Positions 13,893-16,750 of a stretch of DNA of 16,750 nucleotides are shown here, piece by piece. Location of the stretch: IMG/VR virus record IMGVR_UViG_3300035140_000050. One strand, written 5' to 3'. This DNA comes from a virus. The translations under genes and the position numbers were made by a program. Under the pieces are notes generated by a model. That model did no database searches. It worked only from the letters and a program-made list of their open reading frames with translations, and was not told the DNA's origin. The first letter of the stretch is position 1. Every line of letters starts with the position of its first letter.

Positions 13893-14574
13893 CGAATTGT
13901 ACGCATGCCCACCAATACGGACGAGTTCCGACATATGGGGGCTACGTAATTTTATATCTCTTGACCTAGATGACGTCGAGGAGGGGGCGAACACTAAAAT
14001 AGAGCTAAGATATTACGCACAGCATCAGTTTGATGATCGTCGCGGATGGAATCTCTTCTCGGTTTGGTATCAAGACAAGCCGATAATGATATGTCAGGCA
14101 GCCGGCAGAGAGCTGGACGATTATACAAACGACTTCGTCACCGATCCAAAGGGATATGAGGAGATGTTTCATTATATTGCCTCCCTCATCGATTCCTATG
14201 CTTCGCCCGAGGCTAAGTACGGTCCAGATGTTGACCGCGAAGATCTGACAACATTTTATGGTGCATCTCTGGACGAATTCTACGCCCCAGCAGGCGTTAG
14301 TCCTAAGCATAAGGTTAACGATGAGGTAGTTGTTTTAGTTCTCGAAGACCACCTACGTCACTGGGAGTCCAAAAAGATCAAGACATGGGTACGAATCTCA
14401 GACGTGCGCCCACGCAATCCCAAGATCACCTACTCGGGGGTACAGATAAACCGATGCTGGGAAGGGTTTGGACCTGGTACCCACATGGTAACTGCGGCTG
14501 GCGAGGGAAACGTAATGGTCCACTTCAATGAGTCAGAGATTTGTGAAGACGAGGATCTCCCTAAGGGGGAATAG
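13882..14574 (+). CDS. hypothetical protein (230 aa)
   Basis: ATG 13882 with RBS ggaggga 8 nt upstream. Overlaps the previous gene by 11 nt. Confidence 0.5.
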   Translation: MTPNELYACPPIRTSSDIWGLRNFISLDLDDVEEGANTKIELRYYAQHQFDDRRGWNLFSVWYQDKPIMICQAAGRELDDYTNDFVTDPKGYEEMFHYIASLIDSYASPEAKYGPDVDREDLTTFYGASLDEFYAPAGVSPKHKVNDEVVVLVLEDHLRHWESKKIKTWVRISDVRPRNPKITYSGVQINRCWEGFGPGTHMVTAAGEGNVMVHFNESEICEDEDLPKGE

Positions 14575-14602
14575 AGGGCAAGTTCTTTGAGAGGAGGCAG
14601 GT

Positions 14603-15061
14603 ATGTCCTGGGAATCATGGGAAAAGGCGGCTGAAAAGGGGCCGGAGGCAATTGCGTTGAAGGTTGGCATTTTCGTGGCAGCGGTCTTAGTGCTCGCAGC
14701 AGTCGGACGCTTCGTGTTGTACCCCCTCACGCAGGGGGCCGAGGTCGTAACGAAAACGCTCGATGCGGACAACATGATCTACAACTACGAATGGTTCAAG
14801 CAGCGGAACCAGGACATCCAGGCTATCGATTCAAAGGTTCGGGGTGCCGACGAAGCCGTGAAAATGTTCAAGGACGAGGCTGGTCCGCGCAAGGACTGGA
14901 AGCGCGGCGACCGTGAGGAGTCGGCCCGCCTTAGCTCAATTCTGCTGGGGTTGAAGCAGCAGAGAGCAGATCTGGCCGCAGAGTACAACGCCCGGTCTCA
15001 GATGGCGAATAGGTCGCTATTCAGGACGGGCGAGTTGCCGGAGCGCATTAGCGTAGAGTAG
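14603..15061 (+). CDS. membrane-anchored protein (one N-terminal TM, helical C-terminal domain)
   Basis: ATG 14603 with RBS gaggagg 5 nt upstream. Hydrophobic segment LKVGIFVAAVLVLAAVGRFVLY. Confidence 0.5.
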   Translation: MSWESWEKAAEKGPEAIALKVGIFVAAVLVLAAVGRFVLYPLTQGAEVVTKTLDADNMIYNYEWFKQRNQDIQAIDSKVRGADEAVKMFKDEAGPRKDWKRGDREESARLSSILLGLKQQRADLAAEYNARSQMANRSLFRTGELPERISVE

Positions 15062-15087
15062 TTCCGTTAGAAAGAGAGGGGATGGAC

Positions 15088-15615
15088 ATGTCGAGGATCA
15101 GAACGGCGTTGTCGGCTGCAGTGCTTGTCGCGGTGATGGGCTGTGACGCGCCCAAGACGGGCGAGACGACCAAGCAGGAGATGGAGTTGACGGAGGAGAA
15201 CCATACCAGACTCATCAAGGCCGTACCCCCGCCGAAGCTGAGCACATCGCAGGAGCGAAAGAACCTCAAAAGGCGGCTGGAGACGTTCAACAAGGACTCA
15301 AAGATTTCCTACATCTATCTCATCGACTATGGTAAGGTCATGGGGTTCCACGTGGTCAAGGGCAAAGTCTCTTCAGTCAACTCAAAGCTCACAACGGGCG
15401 ACCAGATCGTACGTACCCACAGCGGCGGGGGCTACTACTCACACGTGATCGAGTCGCCGCAGTTGGACGGAAGCTACGGCACGAACGGCGATGCGATATT
15501 TTTCTTCACCGCGGACGGTACATACGTGGAGTGGAACGGCCGCTACATGCTCTGCGACAAGCCGTTGAAGATGTCCACCCCGCCGCAATTGGTGGTTCAG
15601 GTTGAAGACGATTAG
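15088..15615 (+). CDS. secreted protein / possible lipoprotein (signal peptide ending VAVMGC)
   Basis: RBS gagagggg 6 nt upstream of ATG 15088 (the track starts at ATG 15082). n-region MSRIR, h-region ALSAAVLVAV, Cys at +20 in a non-canonical lipobox. Confidence 0.45.
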   Translation: MSRIRTALSAAVLVAVMGCDAPKTGETTKQEMELTEENHTRLIKAVPPPKLSTSQERKNLKRRLETFNKDSKISYIYLIDYGKVMGFHVVKGKVSSVNSKLTTGDQIVRTHSGGGYYSHVIESPQLDGSYGTNGDAIFFFTADGTYVEWNGRYMLCDKPLKMSTPPQLVVQVEDD

Positions 15616-15665
15616 GAACAGGGAAGACGTGACGGGCACGCCCTAGTTTGTGAGAGGAGTCTGTG

Positions 15666-16238
15666 ATGCATTCGAGCCAAAGTGGTGGGAAGTGGCCGCG
15701 TTGGATTATCCCAACCGCCGTTGGGGGAACGATTCTGTTACTCGTTATCGTCGTAGCTTCGATGGGGGTCGGCTATAGCAACAGCGAGATCGATCTTCGT
15801 ACGGCTATCGAGGCCAAGATGAAGGACAACGAGTCCGAGTTTGACAATATGTTCAAGAAGATCTCCCAGGTCGCCCAGGTCAGCGAGGCGCAAAAGCAGG
15901 CGATCATAGATCTTGTTGCCGGCCATGCCGAGGCCCGGGGTGGGATCAAGGGCGGTGGTAGCTTTGTCAACGCTCTGCATGAGTCGATCCCGAACCAGAC
16001 GATGGATCAGTACAAGCAACTCAGCACAATCATTGTTGCCTCACGTGACCGTTGGACCATGCGCCAAAAGGAGCTTGTCGATCTCTCGCGGGCACATGAG
16101 AGGCTGCGCAGAAGGTTCCCGTCGAGCATGTTCGTCGGCGGGCGCGAATCAATCGCCATTGTAGTCGTAACGTCTACCCGCGCGAAGGAAGCGATGGTAA
16201 CGGGCGTTGACGATGATATCTCTGTTTTCGGAAAGTAG
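15666..16238 (+). CDS. membrane-anchored protein (one N-terminal TM)
   Basis: RBS gagaggag 6 nt upstream of ATG 15666 (GTG 15663 is also possible). TM segment IIPTAVGGTILLLVIVVASMGVG. Confidence 0.5.
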   Translation: MHSSQSGGKWPRWIIPTAVGGTILLLVIVVASMGVGYSNSEIDLRTAIEAKMKDNESEFDNMFKKISQVAQVSEAQKQAIIDLVAGHAEARGGIKGGGSFVNALHESIPNQTMDQYKQLSTIIVASRDRWTMRQKELVDLSRAHERLRRRFPSSMFVGGRESIAIVVVTSTRAKEAMVTGVDDDISVFGK

Positions 16239-16245
16239 GTGACTT

Positions 16246-16750
16246 GTGTGGTTTTTCTATCTCTTCGCGCTTCTTCCGGTGATCGTCGGCGCCGTCATTT
16301 GGATGAAGAACAAGGAAGTCACGTGGTGGGAATGGCTGGCGGGAACGGGCATTGCGTTCCTGATGGCTGTTATCTTCCACGTCGTTTCCTATAGCGCCAT
16401 GACCAGCGACATCGAAACGTGGTCAGGCCAAGTGACCAGGACCACGCACCACCCAAGATGGGTCGAACAGTATCAGCAGATGCATACTCGAACGGTGGGC
16501 TTTGGCAAGAACGCGCGGACAGAGATTTACTATACAACCGAATATCGAACCCATCATGAGCACTGGACCTACCAGACCACCCTCGGCGTGGGCCTCTTGG
16601 GAGGGCGATGCAGCGAGGCCGAATTCAGGGCGATGGCCACCAAGTTTGGCGGGATAGTTAAGGAGCGCCCGCACAAATCAGGCTTCTTCTCCGGTGACCG
16701 GAACATCTATGTGTCCTACAATAAGTCGGGCTTTGTTGTTCCGGTGACGT
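16246..16750 (+). CDS. integral membrane protein, 5' partial (runs off the window end)
   Basis: GTG 16246 follows an in-frame TGA, with aggtga upstream. Open through the window end (168 codons). Two hydrophobic segments FFYLFALLPVIVGAVIW and LAGTGIAFLMAVIFHVV. Absent from the track because it is unterminated. Confidence 0.45.
   Translation, partial: MWFFYLFALLPVIVGAVIWMKNKEVTWWEWLAGTGIAFLMAVIFHVVSYSAMTSDIETWSGQVTRTTHHPRWVEQYQQMHTRTVGFGKNARTEIYYTTEYRTHHEHWTYQTTLGVGLLGGRCSEAEFRAMATKFGGIVKERPHKSGFFSGDRNIYVSYNKSGFVVPVT

Noticed and set aside
1-16750. CRISPR arrays, IS elements, integrase or att sites
   Set aside because: I found no spaced direct repeats, no terminal inverted repeats and no recombinase or transposase-like ORFs anywhere in the window.

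Overview
All supportable genes in this 16.75-kb window lie on the + strand and are tightly packed, with Shine-Dalgarno-like sites and several ATGA/TAATG stop-start overlaps. The window begins with a dense array of eight tRNA genes, each encoding its own 3' CCA: Ile-UAU, Leu-CAA, Lys-CUU, Phe-GAA and four Ser isoacceptors (CGA, UGA, GCU, GGA). A truncated tRNA-like minihelix and an HNH endonuclease sit inside the array. This architecture resembles a (jumbo) bacteriophage or phage-derived element rather than a bacterial core chromosome or a eukaryote; that is inference from gene organisation, not from a database hit. The main finding is an 865-aa ORF (2842-5439), flanked on both sides by tRNA genes, that looks like a near full-length homologue of the eukaryotic major vault protein (MVP). 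The match is by motif and domain order: N-terminal vault repeats, an SPFH-like shoulder, a long cap-helix coiled coil and a C-terminal tail. Downstream are about 30 small ORFs, mostly hypothetical, plus a block of nucleotide/DNA-metabolism-like genes (9552-12965). That block holds a MazG-like gene, a CxxxCxxC radical-SAM-like gene, a nucleoside 2-deoxyribosyltransferase-like gene with a zinc-ribbon N-terminus, a HAD-like DxDGT phosphatase, an HhH-GPD 8-oxoguanine-glycosylase-like gene and an acyl-carrier-protein-like gene that lacks the phosphopantetheine serine. A cluster of membrane-anchored proteins lies at the 3' end. All minus-strand ORFs in the track appear to be antisense artefacts. Every functional call is from motif recognition by eye and needs HMM or structure confirmation.
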